NCBI RefSeq assembly: GCF_000737315.1 | Contig: NZ_JMCB01000005.1 | Coordinates: 20,001-268,000, forward strand | Reading direction: 5' to 3' | Length of the DNA: 248,000 bases | Source of the DNA: Hyalangium minutum | Lineage (GTDB): Bacteria; Myxococcota; Myxococcia; Myxococcales; Myxococcaceae | Part shown: piece after piece, positions 197,334 through 208,376 of the stretch | How the letters are laid out: each line of letters starts with the position of its first letter | Numbering within the stretch: the stretch's first letter is position 1 | The notes under the pieces: model-generated | Databases searched by the model: none | What the model was told of the DNA's origin: nothing | Seen by the model: only the letters and a program-made list of their open reading frames with translations | Position numbers and translations under genes: made by a program

Positions 197334-199625
197334 TCAGGGCTCCGCGTGGCAGTGGTGCTCGCGGAAACCTTCCGCGGCGCTCAGGTCCTTGAGCTTGCAC
197401 GGCAGCTTCACGCGCACGGGCCGCAGGTGCACGGACAACTCGCCATTGCCGATGTTGCCGAGGCTGTTGCTTCCCCAGGCCATCAGCCTGCCATTCTCGC
197501 GCAGTGCGTACACGGTGAAGGAATCGGCGGCCAGCGCCACCCCGCCGCTCAGCCCCGGCACTTGTGCCAGCTCATACGAGGTGGCCTCCTCGGTGGGGAA
197601 GCCTCGCTCGCTGTAGAGGTTGCTGCCGAAGTTCCAGACCGTGCCGTCGGCGCGGAGGATCTGGATCGAAGAGGCGCTGGCCACCAGGTCCACCGCGCCC
197701 GTGATGGCCTCGAAGGCTTCATCAGGGTACACCGCGAAAAACGGGCTGACGTTCCACTGGCGCGCGGTGCCGTCCGCGCGCAGTGCGATGAGGCCCGTGT
197801 ACATCACGACCACCTTCACCGCGTTGGACAGCCCCGGCGCCGGCTCGGGTGGGCGCGGCATCATGTCGCCGGAGTACCAGGCGAGCATGGTACTGCCCCA
197901 CTGCCACACGGTGCCGTCGCTCGTGATGGCCGCCGAGAAGTCCAGTCCGGCGGCGATGGAGGAGACGCCCTGGAGCCCTTGCACCTGCACGGGCACGGGC
198001 GAGTCGTACAGCTCCAGCGCCACGTTTCCGAGCTGGCCGAAGTAGTTGGCGCCCCAGGCCCAGACGGTGCCGTCACGCTTGAGCGCCAGCGAGTGGAAGT
198101 CCCCCGCGGCCACCGCGACCACGTCGCTCAGGCCCTGCACCTGCACGGGCGTGTCCTGGCCGGCGTCAAACGTCCCCTGGCCCAACTGCCCCCGGAAGTT
198201 ATCGCCCCAGGCCCAGACGGTGCCGTCCTGGAGCGCCACCACCGAGTGGAACGCGCCCGCCGCGATGGCCACGGCGTGCGAGAGCCCCTGCACCCGCTCG
198301 GGGGTTGCGCGGGTGATGAGGGTCCCGTCCGTGATCTCCTGGCCCCACCGCCACACCGAGCCGTCCTGGCGGATCGCCACCGCATGGGCGGAGTTGCTGG
198401 CCATGGCGCGCACGTCCCTCAGGTCCACCCGGGTGGGTGTTGCTTGGCGGTCCGAGCCCGTGCCCATGGCGCCCAGTTGGTTGTGGCCCCAGGTGTACAC
198501 CGAGCCATCCCTGCGCAGCGCCAGGCTGTGGACGGAATCCGCGGCGGCCGCGATCACCCCCTCCAGGCCCGGCACCGGCTCGGGCAGGCCTGTGGGGCTC
198601 TCGGTGCCCCGGCCGAGCTGTCCCGAGTGGTTGGTGCCCCAGGCCCAGAGGCTGCCATCCCGGCGCAGCGCCAGGGCGTGGCTATGCCCTGCCGCCACGG
198701 ACACTACCTGCGTCAGCCCCGGCACCGGCGCGGGCGTGGCCCGGTAGGTGCTCTGGGTCCCATCCCCGAGCTGGCCGGAGAAGTTGGCGCCCCAGGCCCA
198801 GACGGAGCCGTCGGTGCGCACCGCGTACGAGGTGGCGAATCGCGTGTCGATGGCCACCACGTCCGTCAGCCCCGGCACCTGGACGGGCGACAGCCGCTGC
198901 GTCCGCGTCCCATCCCCGAGCTGGCCGTAGCTGTTGGTGCCCCAGGCCCAGACGGTGCCGTCAGCGCGCAGCGCCAGCGAGTGGCTGCTTCCCGCCGCCA
199001 CCGCCACGATCTGGCTGAGCCCTGGGATGGGCGTGGCCAGGAGGCGCCGCGTGGTGGTCCCATCTCCGAGCTGGCCATAGCTGTTGGAGCCCCAGGCCCA
199101 GACGGAGCCATCGCGGCGGGCCGCCAGGGAGTGGGTGTCCCCCGCGACGATCGCCACCACCTCCGTGAGACCCTTCACCTTGACGCGCTCAAACCCGGTG
199201 AGCGTCGTGCCATCCCCGAGCTGGCCCACGTTATTGATCCCCCAGGCCATCACGGTGCCGTCCTCGAGGAGGATCAGCGAGTGCCCGCCCCCAGACGCCG
199301 AGGAGGCCGAGACGGCCTCTGTCATTCTCGGCATCCGGACAGGGAGGCCGGTTCCCAGTTGGATCTCCGGCCACGTGCCGAGATCCCGCCCGAGGCCGTT
199401 ACCCCAGACCCAGACATCCCCGCTCGGGCTCACGGCCACGGAACGATAGCTGTTTGTCGCAAGGAGCCGCCGCGCGGCCCGGTGCTGCCGCTCCGCCAGC
199501 GTGCCCTGCTCCAGCGGCTCTGGCTCCAGTGGCGCCTCGGCTCGGGCGCTCCAGCCCAGCACGAGGCTGAGCCCCAGCATCAACTGCCACAGCAACTCCC
199601 GTTTGAATCTCAGGGTGTGTCTCAT
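197334..199625 (-). CDS. RCC1-repeat beta-propeller protein, paralog 1
   Basis: Repeated HSLAL..DGTVWAWG.N..GQLG. Confidence 0.88.
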   Translation of the reverse strand: MRHTLRFKRELLWQLMLGLSLVLGWSARAEAPLEPEPLEQGTLAERQHRAARRLLATNSYRSVAVSPSGDVWVWGNGLGRDLGTWPEIQLGTGLPVRMPRMTEAVSASSASGGGHSLILLEDGTVMAWGINNVGQLGDGTTLTGFERVKVKGLTEVVAIVAGDTHSLAARRDGSVWAWGSNSYGQLGDGTTTRRLLATPIPGLSQIVAVAAGSSHSLALRADGTVWAWGTNSYGQLGDGTRTQRLSPVQVPGLTDVVAIDTRFATSYAVRTDGSVWAWGANFSGQLGDGTQSTYRATPAPVPGLTQVVSVAAGHSHALALRRDGSLWAWGTNHSGQLGRGTESPTGLPEPVPGLEGVIAAAADSVHSLALRRDGSVYTWGHNQLGAMGTGSDRQATPTRVDLRDVRAMASNSAHAVAIRQDGSVWRWGQEITDGTLITRATPERVQGLSHAVAIAAGAFHSVVALQDGTVWAWGDNFRGQLGQGTFDAGQDTPVQVQGLSDVVAVAAGDFHSLALKRDGTVWAWGANYFGQLGNVALELYDSPVPVQVQGLQGVSSIAAGLDFSAAITSDGTVWQWGSTMLAWYSGDMMPRPPEPAPGLSNAVKVVVMYTGLIALRADGTARQWNVSPFFAVYPDEAFEAITGAVDLVASASSIQILRADGTVWNFGSNLYSERGFPTEEATSYELAQVPGLSGGVALAADSFTVYALRENGRLMAWGSNSLGNIGNGELSVHLRPVRVKLPCKLKDLSAAEGFREHHCHAEP

Positions 199626-199730
199626 GTGTGAACGGCCTCCGGGTGAAGGGGGACTTGCGGCAACACGCCTCCCGCGCGAGGCGGACGCCTCGGGAGGAAG
199701 GGGTGGAACGGGGTGGGAAGGGGACAGGAG

Positions 199731-199766
199731 GAAGTGGCCCGCCGTCTCGCCACGGCGGGCCACTTC
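199731..199766. terminator. 14-16 bp hairpin, copy 2
   Basis: GAAGTGGCCCGCCG-loop-CGGCGGGCCACTTC. Confidence 0.7.
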
Positions 199767-199867
199767 CTCGGGTGCTGGCTCGGGCCTCAGCGCGGTGGAG
199801 CGCGAACACCCTCGCCAGTGCTCAGGCCCTAGTACCTGCGCGGCAGTAGGACGCGCTCGGGCCGGAG

Positions 199868-202063
199868 GTGCATGGGCGACGTGCCGTCACCCAGGGTGCC
199901 GTAACGGTTGCTCCCCCAGGCCATCAGCGTGCCGTTCGCGCGCAGCGCGTACACGGTGGCCGACTCAGAGGACAGCGACACCACGTTCCTCAGCCCCGGC
200001 ACCTGTTTCACCTCGAGGGAGTAGAGGTCCGTGGAGGGGAACCCGCGCTCACCGTAGGTATTCCCGCCGATGTTCCACACGGAGCCATCCGCGCGGAGGA
200101 TCTGCGTCGTGTTGGAGCTGGCCACCACATCCACCGCGTCCGTGAGGCCTTCGAGGGCCATCGGGGGGAACACCCAGTCCGGAGGGCCCAGGTACCACTG
200201 CCACACGGTGCCGTCCGTGCTCAGCGCGGTGATGCCGGAGAAGAACACGCTCACCTTGATCACATCGGAGAACCCCTCCACCGGCGCGGCCGGGTGCGGC
200301 AGCATGTCGGTCCAGAACCAGGTGCCCATGTCACTGCCCCACTGCCACACGGTGCCGTCGTTCCTCACCGCCACCGAGAGGTCCATGTGGGCGTGGATGG
200401 ACGCCACGCCGTCCAGCCGCTGCACCTTCGCGGGCTGCGGCTGGTCGTCCAGCGTCAGGTCTCCGAGCTGGCTGTAGTGGTTGGCGCCCCAGGCCCACAC
200501 GGTGCCGTCGCGCTTGAGCGCCAACGAGTGGAACTCGCCCGCGGCCACGGCCACCACGTTCTCCAGGCCCGGCACCCGCGCGGGGGTGTCCCGGCGTCCG
200601 CCCAGCGTGCCGTCCCCGAGCTGGCCGCGGGAGTTGTCACCCCAGGCCCACACGCGGCCGTCCTGGCCCAGCACCAGCGAGTGCCAGGTGCCCGCCGCGA
200701 TGCCCACGGCCCGCGACAGCTCGCGCACCCGGGCGGGCTTGGGCTGAATGCTGCCGCCCCAGCCCTGCTCGCTGCCCCACGTCCACACCGAGCCATCTGC
200801 CCGGAGCGCCAGCGTGTGGAAGAAGGAGGAGGAGAGGGTGCGCACGTCCTTCAGCTCCACCGGCGCGGGCGAGGGCCGGGCGTGGGTGCCCGTGCCCATG
200901 GCGCCCTCGGTGTTGTGCCCCCAGGCGAACACGGAGCCATCCTTGCGCAGCGCCAGCGAGTGGTAGGTGGCTGCGGCCAGCGCCACCGCGTTCAGCCCGC
201001 GCACCGGCTGGGGCAGGCCCGTGCCGCCCTGCTCCCCGTTGCCCAGCTGGCCGAAGGAGTTGTCACCCCAGGCCCACACGCTGCCATCCCGACGCAGCGC
201101 CAGCGCATGCTGGTAGCCCGCCGCCACGGATACCACCTGCGTTAGCCCCGGCACCGGCCCGGGCGTGGCCCGGAAGGAGTCCTCCGAGCCGCCCCCGAGC
201201 TCTCCGGACTGGTTGTTGCCCCAGGCCCACACGGAGCCGTCCGCGCGCACGGCGTACGAGGTGGCGTGGTGCGTCGCGATGGCTACCACGTTCGTCAGCC
201301 CCACCACCGGCACGGGCCGGAGCTGCTGCTGCTGCGTCCCATCCCCCAGCTGGCCAAAGAAGTTATGGCCCCAGGCCCACACGGTGCCGTCGGCGCGCAG
201401 CGCCAGCGAGTGCAGGTTGCCGGCCGCCACGGCCACGAACTGGGTCAGCCCGTCTACCTGCCAGGGCTTGGGGCGCCGGCTGTCATAGCCCCGGCTCCCA
201501 TCCCCAATCTGGCCGTAGTAGTTGCCACCCCACGTCCAGACGGAGCCGTCCCGCAACACGGCCATGGAGTGCATGTTGCCCGCGGAGACACTCACCGCGT
201601 TCGCCAGCCCCGTCACCGCGACGCGCCCGTCCCGGTTGCTCGTCGTGCCGTCTCCAAGCTCGCCATAGGAGTTGCTCCCCCAGGACACCACTCCGCCGTT
201701 CTGCAGCAGGGCCAGCGAGTGGCCGCCCGAGGAGTCCGCGGCGACGGAGACGGCCCCCGTCAGGCCGGGGATCCGCGCCGGCAGTCCGTTGCCGAGCTGT
201801 TGCTCCGGCCACGTGCCCAGCCGCTGCGCCGGGCCCGTGCCCCAGGCCCAGACTTCACCGTCCTCGCTCACCACCAGGCCGTGCTGAGTGGACGCGGCGA
201901 GCCGCTGCCGCGCGGCCCGTTGCTGCCGCTCCAGCCGTGTGCCCTGCGCCAGCTGCTCCGGCTCCAGCAGCGCCTCGGCCCGGGCGCTCCAGCCCAGGAG
202001 GAGGCTGAGCCCCATCATCAGCTTCCACAACGTCTCCAGCGCGAACCACGTCGAGCGTGTCAT
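199868..202063 (-). CDS. RCC1-repeat beta-propeller protein, paralog 2
   Basis: Same repeats and near-identical N-terminus to paralog 1. Confidence 0.88.
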
Positions 202064-202390
202064 GCCCGAAGCCCTTTCTTGCGAGTGGCGGACTTGCGGC
202101 AACACGAAGCCCCTGCGAGACGAGCGCCTCGCTGAGAAACCTTCCGTGACTGCCATGTGCCGTGTGGGCAGCGCACAAAGCAGCCGACGTGCCAGCGGCC
202201 CGGTTCGCGCCGGATTCCCGGATTCCGGTGACTTGGCGGGGGAGCGCACTCCGGGAGTGACAAAACGCTGTGTCACCGGTGACCAAACGCGGCCAGCGGT
202301 GGCGCTTACCCCTCTGCCTCCGCTTGTGTAGAGTCCGCCGCCTTTCGGTAGGGCACCTCTCCCACCTGGGGGGAGGGCAAGGACGCACCT

Positions 202391-203761
202391 GTGAATACCC
202401 ACATCTTCCGCGAGTACGACATTCGGGGCCTGGTCGATAAGGATCTCACCGTCGAGGTGGTGGAGCTGCTCGGCAAGGGCCTGGGCACCATCATCCGCCG
202501 CCAGCACGGGCGCTCCATTGTCGTCGGCCGCGACTGCCGCGAGTCGTCCACCCGCTTCCGCGATGCGCTCGCTCAGGGCCTCACCTCCACCGGCCTCAAC
202601 GTGCTGGATGTGGGCGTGGTGCCTACTCCGCTGACGTACTTCGCGGCGAACACGCTGCCGGTGGACGGGCTGGCGATGATTACGGGCAGCCACAACCCGC
202701 CGGAGTACAACGGGTTCAAGATTGGGGCGGGGAAGACGACCTTCCACAGCCACGAGATTCAGGCGCTGCGGAAGCTCATCGAGGCGCGCGACTTCGAGAA
202801 GAGCGACAAGCCGGGCACCGTCACCCCGTTCGACATCATCACCCCGTACAACCACTTCGTGTTGCAGACGGTCAAAGTGGGGCGCACGGGGATGCGCATC
202901 GTCATTGATGCGGGCAACGGCACGGGCGGCGCGGTGGCGGTGCCGCTGTTCCGGGCCATGGGCTTCGACGTGGTGCCGCTGTTCTGCGAGATGGACGCCA
203001 CGTTCCCCAACCACCACCCGGACCCCACGGTGGTGGAGAACCTCGAGGACCTCATCGAGGCGGTGAAGCGCGAGAAGGCCGAGGTGGGCATCGCCTACGA
203101 CGGCGACAGCGACCGCATCGGCGTCATCGACGACCAGGGGAACATCCTCTGGGGCGACCAGCTGATGGTCCTCTTCAGCCGGTACGTGCTGAAGGAGAGC
203201 CCGGGGGCGGCCATCGTCGGCGAGGTGAAGTGCAGCTACACCTTATATGACGACATCGCCAAGCACGGCGGCAAGCCGGTGATGTGGAAGGCGGGGCACT
203301 CGCTCATCAAGGCGAAGATGAAGGAGACGCACGCGGAGCTGGCCGGGGAGATGAGCGGCCACATCTTCTTCAAGAACCGCTACTTCGGCTTTGATGACGC
203401 GGTGTACTCGTCCGCGCGCCTGCTGGAGATCCTCACGCACGAGCCCAAGAAGCTCAGCGAGCTGCTGTCGGACGTGCCGAAGACGTACGCCTCGCCCGAG
203501 CTGCGCGTGGACACCAAGGAGGAGAAGAAGTTCGAGCTCGTGCGCCGCTGCACGGAGACGCTGCGGGCCGCGGGCCACCAGATCATCGACGTGGACGGCG
203601 TGCGCGTGACGTTCCCGGACGGGTGGGGCCTCATCCGCGCGTCCAACACCCAGCCCATCCTGGTGCTGCGCTTCGAGGCCAACACCCCCGAGCGCCTCAA
203701 GGAGATCCAGCACCTCATCGAGGGCACGGTCGAGCAGATGAAGCGTGAGGTGGGAGGCTAG
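202391..203761 (+). CDS. Phosphomannomutase/phosphoglucomutase
   Basis: FREYDIRG, TGSHNP, DGDSDR, GEMSGH. Confidence 0.93.
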   Translation: MNTHIFREYDIRGLVDKDLTVEVVELLGKGLGTIIRRQHGRSIVVGRDCRESSTRFRDALAQGLTSTGLNVLDVGVVPTPLTYFAANTLPVDGLAMITGSHNPPEYNGFKIGAGKTTFHSHEIQALRKLIEARDFEKSDKPGTVTPFDIITPYNHFVLQTVKVGRTGMRIVIDAGNGTGGAVAVPLFRAMGFDVVPLFCEMDATFPNHHPDPTVVENLEDLIEAVKREKAEVGIAYDGDSDRIGVIDDQGNILWGDQLMVLFSRYVLKESPGAAIVGEVKCSYTLYDDIAKHGGKPVMWKAGHSLIKAKMKETHAELAGEMSGHIFFKNRYFGFDDAVYSSARLLEILTHEPKKLSELLSDVPKTYASPELRVDTKEEKKFELVRRCTETLRAAGHQIIDVDGVRVTFPDGWGLIRASNTQPILVLRFEANTPERLKEIQHLIEGTVEQMKREVGG

Positions 203762-203763
203762 TC

Positions 203764-204315
203764 ATGAGCGCGCCCCGGATCATCGCCATCTCCGGTAGCC
203801 TCCGCACCGGCTCCTTCAACCGCAAGCTGCTGGCGCTGCTGGTGGAGCAGGCCCGCGCGAAGGGCGCCGAGGTGGATGTGGTGGACCTCAAGGTGCTGGT
203901 GCTGCCCATCTATGACGGAGACATCGAGGCCCAGGGCTTGCCGCCCCCTGCGGTGGAGCTGCGCGAGCGCATCTCCAAGGCCCAGGGGCTGCTCATCTCC
204001 AGCCCGGAGTACAACGCCTCCATCCCTGGGAGCCTGAAGAACGCCATCGACTGGGCGTCGCGTGGCGGGCCCAACGTGTTCAAGGGCAAGTGGGCGGCGC
204101 TTGCGGGGGCCTCGCCTGGCATGTTCGGGACGGTGCGGATGCAGGCCCACCTGCGCCAGTCGCTGACGCACTTGGGCATGAACCTGCTGCCGGACCAGTT
204201 CCTCGTCTCCCACGCCGACCAGGCCTTCACCGAGGAAGGCCGGCTCAAGGACGAGTCCCGGCTCAAGAGCCTCGAGGGGCTCGTCACCGGATTGATTGCC
204301 CGCATCCAGGGCTGA
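203764..204315 (+). CDS. NADPH-dependent FMN reductase
   Basis: SGSLRTGSFN, PEYNASIPG.LKNAIDW. Confidence 0.9.
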   Translation: MSAPRIIAISGSLRTGSFNRKLLALLVEQARAKGAEVDVVDLKVLVLPIYDGDIEAQGLPPPAVELRERISKAQGLLISSPEYNASIPGSLKNAIDWASRGGPNVFKGKWAALAGASPGMFGTVRMQAHLRQSLTHLGMNLLPDQFLVSHADQAFTEEGRLKDESRLKSLEGLVTGLIARIQG

Positions 204316-204375
204316 GGTGTAAGGGGCGCCCGCCGCCCATGTCTCCTATATATATAAGGAGCAGAGGAGAGCCTG

Positions 204376-205311
204376 ATGCCGACGCTGGGAATCGATCTGG
204401 GAGGGACCAACGCTCGCGCCGCCGTGGTGGACGAGAAGGGGAACATCCTCACCTCGTCGAAGCTGTCCCTCACCGAGCGCAGCCCTGCAGCCGTGGTGGA
204501 GGTCATCGCTCAGGCCGCCGCCGGGGCCCTGGCCGCCGCGGGAGGGTTAGAGGTGCGAGGCTGTGGAGTGGGGGCTGCCGGGCAGATCCACCGGGACTCG
204601 GGGATCATCGCCGTGGCGCCCAACCTGGGCTGGCGCAACGTACCGCTGGGGGCCATGTTGACGGAGCGGCTCGGGCGGCCGGCGCGCATCGTGAATGACT
204701 TGGCGGCCGCCGCGTATGGCGAGCTGCACGCGGGCGCGGGCCGGGGCGCCACGGATGTGTACACGGTCTTCGTGGGCTCGGGCGTGGGCAGCTGCATCAT
204801 CGCCAACGGCCAGCTGGTGCGCGGCGGTGGCGGCGTGGCTGGCGAGCTGGGCCATACCAAGGTGATTCCCGGGGGCCGGCGGTGCGGCTGTGGCGAGCTG
204901 GGGTGCCTGGAGGCCTACGCGGGCGGGCACAACCTCATCGCCCAGGCGCGCGAGCTGATGGTGGCCGGGCGCTCCACGGTGCTGTCGGACCTGACGGGGG
205001 GCGAGCCCTCGCACCTCACGCCGTTGACCCTCGAGAAGGCGGCGGAGGCGGGGGATCCGGGCGCTCGGGAGATCCACGAGCGGGCCGGGCAGATGCTGGG
205101 CATCGCCATTGCCAACATGGTGACGGTGCTGAACCCGGCGCGGCTGATTCTGGGCGGCGGGGTGCTGATGAACTGCCCGGGCATCCGCCGCTACGTGGTG
205201 GAGGCGGTGCAGACGCTGTCCTCCAACAGCTCCCGCGAGGGGCTGCTCATCGCCGAGGCGGAGTTGGGCGACGACAGTGGTCTCATTGGAGCGGCGATGC
205301 TGGCAGCCTGA
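204376..205311 (+). CDS. ROK family kinase (glucokinase)
   Basis: IDLGGT, GELGH, CGCGELGCLE. Confidence 0.9.
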   Translation: MPTLGIDLGGTNARAAVVDEKGNILTSSKLSLTERSPAAVVEVIAQAAAGALAAAGGLEVRGCGVGAAGQIHRDSGIIAVAPNLGWRNVPLGAMLTERLGRPARIVNDLAAAAYGELHAGAGRGATDVYTVFVGSGVGSCIIANGQLVRGGGGVAGELGHTKVIPGGRRCGCGELGCLEAYAGGHNLIAQARELMVAGRSTVLSDLTGGEPSHLTPLTLEKAAEAGDPGAREIHERAGQMLGIAIANMVTVLNPARLILGGGVLMNCPGIRRYVVEAVQTLSSNSSREGLLIAEAELGDDSGLIGAAMLAA

Positions 205312-205362
205312 CCTGCTACGCTGGGCGGAGCGTTGTTCCTCCGCCCCGTAGCGAGGTCATTC

Positions 205363-207654
205363 ATGCCCTTCGAATGGAAGCTGGCCAGTCTCGATGAGCT
205401 CAAGGAACTGCTCCTGGACACGTCCCTCCAGGACTCGCAGGTCCGCGTCAACCTGGCCACGGCCAAGGTAGAGCAGCCGATCAGCCTGGGGCTCGAGGCG
205501 CTCTCATTCGTGTTGGACGGCGGCACGGAGGCCAACATCGAGGCCTTCAACGCGCCGGGGGACGTGGACGCGGACGGCGTCGTCGGTGACAAGCCCGCGC
205601 AGGAGGACATGACGAAGCTGAGCCCGCCGCTGCTGCTGGGGCAGGACGCGTGGCTGAAGTACGCGGTGCGGGTGCGCGCCAAGGCGCAGGCCGGGGTGGC
205701 GCTGCCGTTCCTGTCGGGCTCGGGCAGCGGCGAGGTGGCGATTCAGGTCGCGGACTACCACGTGCACTCGCTGACCGACCGGCTGCGCGACGCCATCAAC
205801 ACGGACACGCGCAACCTCCGGCTGCCGCTGGTGCTCGAGCACGTGCTGAAGATCCAGCCGAAGGAGGCGCTGAGCTTCCAGGCGCGCACGCGGCTGGAGA
205901 CGTCCGTCACGCTCGCGTGGGGAGACGTCTTCAGCACCAACCTGAACCCGCTGAGCCGGCTGCTGCCGGTGGGGACGCTGCTGGCCATCAAGGCCACGGC
206001 GGGTGCGACTGTCACAGGCAGCGTGAGTGTGACGGATGACTTCATGGTCACCTTCTCGCGCGAGAAGGCGGGGGCGATGGTGGTCTCCGTGCAGAAGGGC
206101 GCGGTGCGCGAGGCGAAGCGGGCGGCGCAGATTGGCGTCACCGTGGAGGCGGCGGTGGATCCGGCGGTGGTGGACGCGGCGCTGAACGCGCTGGTGGGGC
206201 TGCCGGGGCTCTCGCACTTCGAGCAGCTGGTGGACAAGCTCTCCACCACGCAGCTGTCCGAGGAGGAGAAGAAGCTGCTGAGGCTGGCGTTGGACCGGCT
206301 GGGGATGACGGACTACGAGGCCGACGCGACGGCGCTGAAGCGGGCCTGGGAGGACCAGAAGGCGAAGGCGAAGCAGGCGCTGGTGACGATGGCGGCGGAG
206401 AAGATCTCCTCCGGGTTCCAGTACGAGTACGCGCGGGTGTCCGAGCAGCAGACGCTGCTGCGGCTGGAGGTGGCGGATGCGCAGCTGGCGAAGCTGCACC
206501 TGCCGCTGGTGATGGGGCGGCTGACGCAGGTGCTGAAGCAGGTGGAGCCGGGGGCGCTGCGCAGCTACTTCCAGCAGAACACGCGGACGCTGAGTGAGGC
206601 GTGGGGCTTCACGCTGGGGTTCTCGAAGTGGCAGGTGCTGAAGAGCCAGACGCAGAGGAAGCTGCAGCGGGTGGCGCAGTACGGCTCGCCGGATCCGGTG
206701 CATGGGCCTCGGCGGTACGCGTTCATGGGGATGCGCAGCTATGAGGGCGGGCTGTTCCAGGGGACGGGGCGCTGGTCCGTGGACTTCAAGGCGGACATGG
206801 GCGAGTTCCGGGCGCAGCCGACGGTGCGGGACTTCAGCTACGGGCTGTATCTGCAACTGCAGCGGAAGGGGAAGCTGTCGGAGACGGCGGTGCGGCAGGC
206901 CATCGACGAGGCGATCGTCTGGCACGTGTTGGACGACGCGGACGAGGAGCAGGTGCTGAAGCAGATCCAGGAGGCGGCGAAGGGCGAGGCGGTGGAGCTG
207001 CGGCTGGAGGTGAAGCTGGCGGACACGGTGTTCCGGGAGCTGACGGCGCTGGCGGCGATGGGAGTGCCGGAGCTGTACGCGAAGGCGCTGGCGCGGTCGA
207101 TGCCGTGGGACAAGAGCCCGGCGCGTGCGAACCCCGAGTTCCGGCAGAGCGTGTACGCGCCGCTGTGGATGACGTACCTGACGGAGAAGGGGAAGGACTG
207201 GACGCCGCCGAGGGCGGCGCAGCGTGCGGCGGCGTGGCTGAAGCAGAACAAGATCGCGAAGGGGAGTGCGGGGGAGGTGGCGTACTGGGAGGGGCAGGGG
207301 ACGGCATACCCGAACACGTTCGCGGACGTGCTGGACAAGAACTCGCGGTTGGCGGACGTGGGCAGCCAGTACGGGGGGACGTACGTGCGGTGGCAGCGGC
207401 TGGTGGCGGGGATGGCGTTGCTGCGGGATGGGCTGCAGCAGGGGGCGGATCCGGCGGTCATCGAGAAGGTGTTCGAGGAGCTGGAGGAGCTCTGGCGCGT
207501 GTCGTTCCACGTGAAGGCGTTCGGCGCGATGTTGCTGGAGCTGTCGGCGAAGAGCGTCCAGGGCATGGCGGCGGTGGAGCGCACGTTCACGGTGGTGACG
207601 GGGACGGGGGACAAGCAGTCCCAGCTCGTCTTCACCGCCTCCCGCGAGGGGTAA
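205363..207654 (+). CDS. Large hypothetical protein (763 aa)
   Basis: Long ORF with typical codon bias; no recognised motif. Confidence 0.7.
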   Translation: MPFEWKLASLDELKELLLDTSLQDSQVRVNLATAKVEQPISLGLEALSFVLDGGTEANIEAFNAPGDVDADGVVGDKPAQEDMTKLSPPLLLGQDAWLKYAVRVRAKAQAGVALPFLSGSGSGEVAIQVADYHVHSLTDRLRDAINTDTRNLRLPLVLEHVLKIQPKEALSFQARTRLETSVTLAWGDVFSTNLNPLSRLLPVGTLLAIKATAGATVTGSVSVTDDFMVTFSREKAGAMVVSVQKGAVREAKRAAQIGVTVEAAVDPAVVDAALNALVGLPGLSHFEQLVDKLSTTQLSEEEKKLLRLALDRLGMTDYEADATALKRAWEDQKAKAKQALVTMAAEKISSGFQYEYARVSEQQTLLRLEVADAQLAKLHLPLVMGRLTQVLKQVEPGALRSYFQQNTRTLSEAWGFTLGFSKWQVLKSQTQRKLQRVAQYGSPDPVHGPRRYAFMGMRSYEGGLFQGTGRWSVDFKADMGEFRAQPTVRDFSYGLYLQLQRKGKLSETAVRQAIDEAIVWHVLDDADEEQVLKQIQEAAKGEAVELRLEVKLADTVFRELTALAAMGVPELYAKALARSMPWDKSPARANPEFRQSVYAPLWMTYLTEKGKDWTPPRAAQRAAAWLKQNKIAKGSAGEVAYWEGQGTAYPNTFADVLDKNSRLADVGSQYGGTYVRWQRLVAGMALLRDGLQQGADPAVIEKVFEELEELWRVSFHVKAFGAMLLELSAKSVQGMAAVERTFTVVTGTGDKQSQLVFTASREG

Positions 207655-207663
207655 CGAAGAACC

Positions 207664-208371
207664 GTGAGCGCCTCACGCCCATGGTGGCTGCTGGTGGCTA
207701 TAGCGCTAGCAGCCTGTGCGACGACACCCCGGGGAAGTGAGAGGCTGGGCTGCGAGGAGTCGGCTGAGCTCGTTTCTTACGAGGAAGCATGCTCGCACGA
207801 GAACAGCCTGGTGGCGCTGTGCGCAGGTGAGCAATGCGGGCTGTACCGATGCTGGCAGGTGCAGGAGCAGGGGGACGAAACGCGCGTGGTGCTTGCGCGG
207901 CACCCGGTGGGGGCATTGCCCAATCCTCAGCGGGGCGCGCAGAGGAACTGGGGGAGCGCACAAGAGTTGCCGCGGGATGCGCGGCCGGTGTTCATCATCC
208001 CGTGGCAGCACAAGCCGCCGCTGTTGCCCAGTCAGCAGCAGATGCTGGAGGAGGCAGCCAAGGAGCGGGCCAAGCCGCATGAGCAGCACCACATCTTCCC
208101 GCGAATGTTCAAGGAGTGGTTTACCCAGCAAGGCATCGACATCGACAAGTATGTGCTCCTGCTGGAGTTGGAGAAGCACAGGAGCATCCATCGCGGAGCC
208201 AACGGAGGCCCGTGGAATGCCGCATGGGCTCGTTTCATCCAAGAAAACCTGGCGGGGGCCCCGAAAGAGAAGATCCACAGATACGCCGGACAACTCATCT
208301 ACGAGTTCGAGCTGTTCGGCCCTGTCATTCCGTATTCGAGACAGCCGCCCCCGCTGCCTCCAGGGTACTAG
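207664..208371 (+). CDS. SitA6-type (TIGR02269) polymorphic toxin lipoprotein
   Basis: Lipobox LAAC, Cys cluster, HEQHHIFP, IHRG...GGPWN. Confidence 0.8.
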   Translation: MSASRPWWLLVAIALAACATTPRGSERLGCEESAELVSYEEACSHENSLVALCAGEQCGLYRCWQVQEQGDETRVVLARHPVGALPNPQRGAQRNWGSAQELPRDARPVFIIPWQHKPPLLPSQQQMLEEAAKERAKPHEQHHIFPRMFKEWFTQQGIDIDKYVLLLELEKHRSIHRGANGGPWNAAWARFIQENLAGAPKEKIHRYAGQLIYEFELFGPVIPYSRQPPPLPPGY

Positions 208372-208376
208372 CGCCG

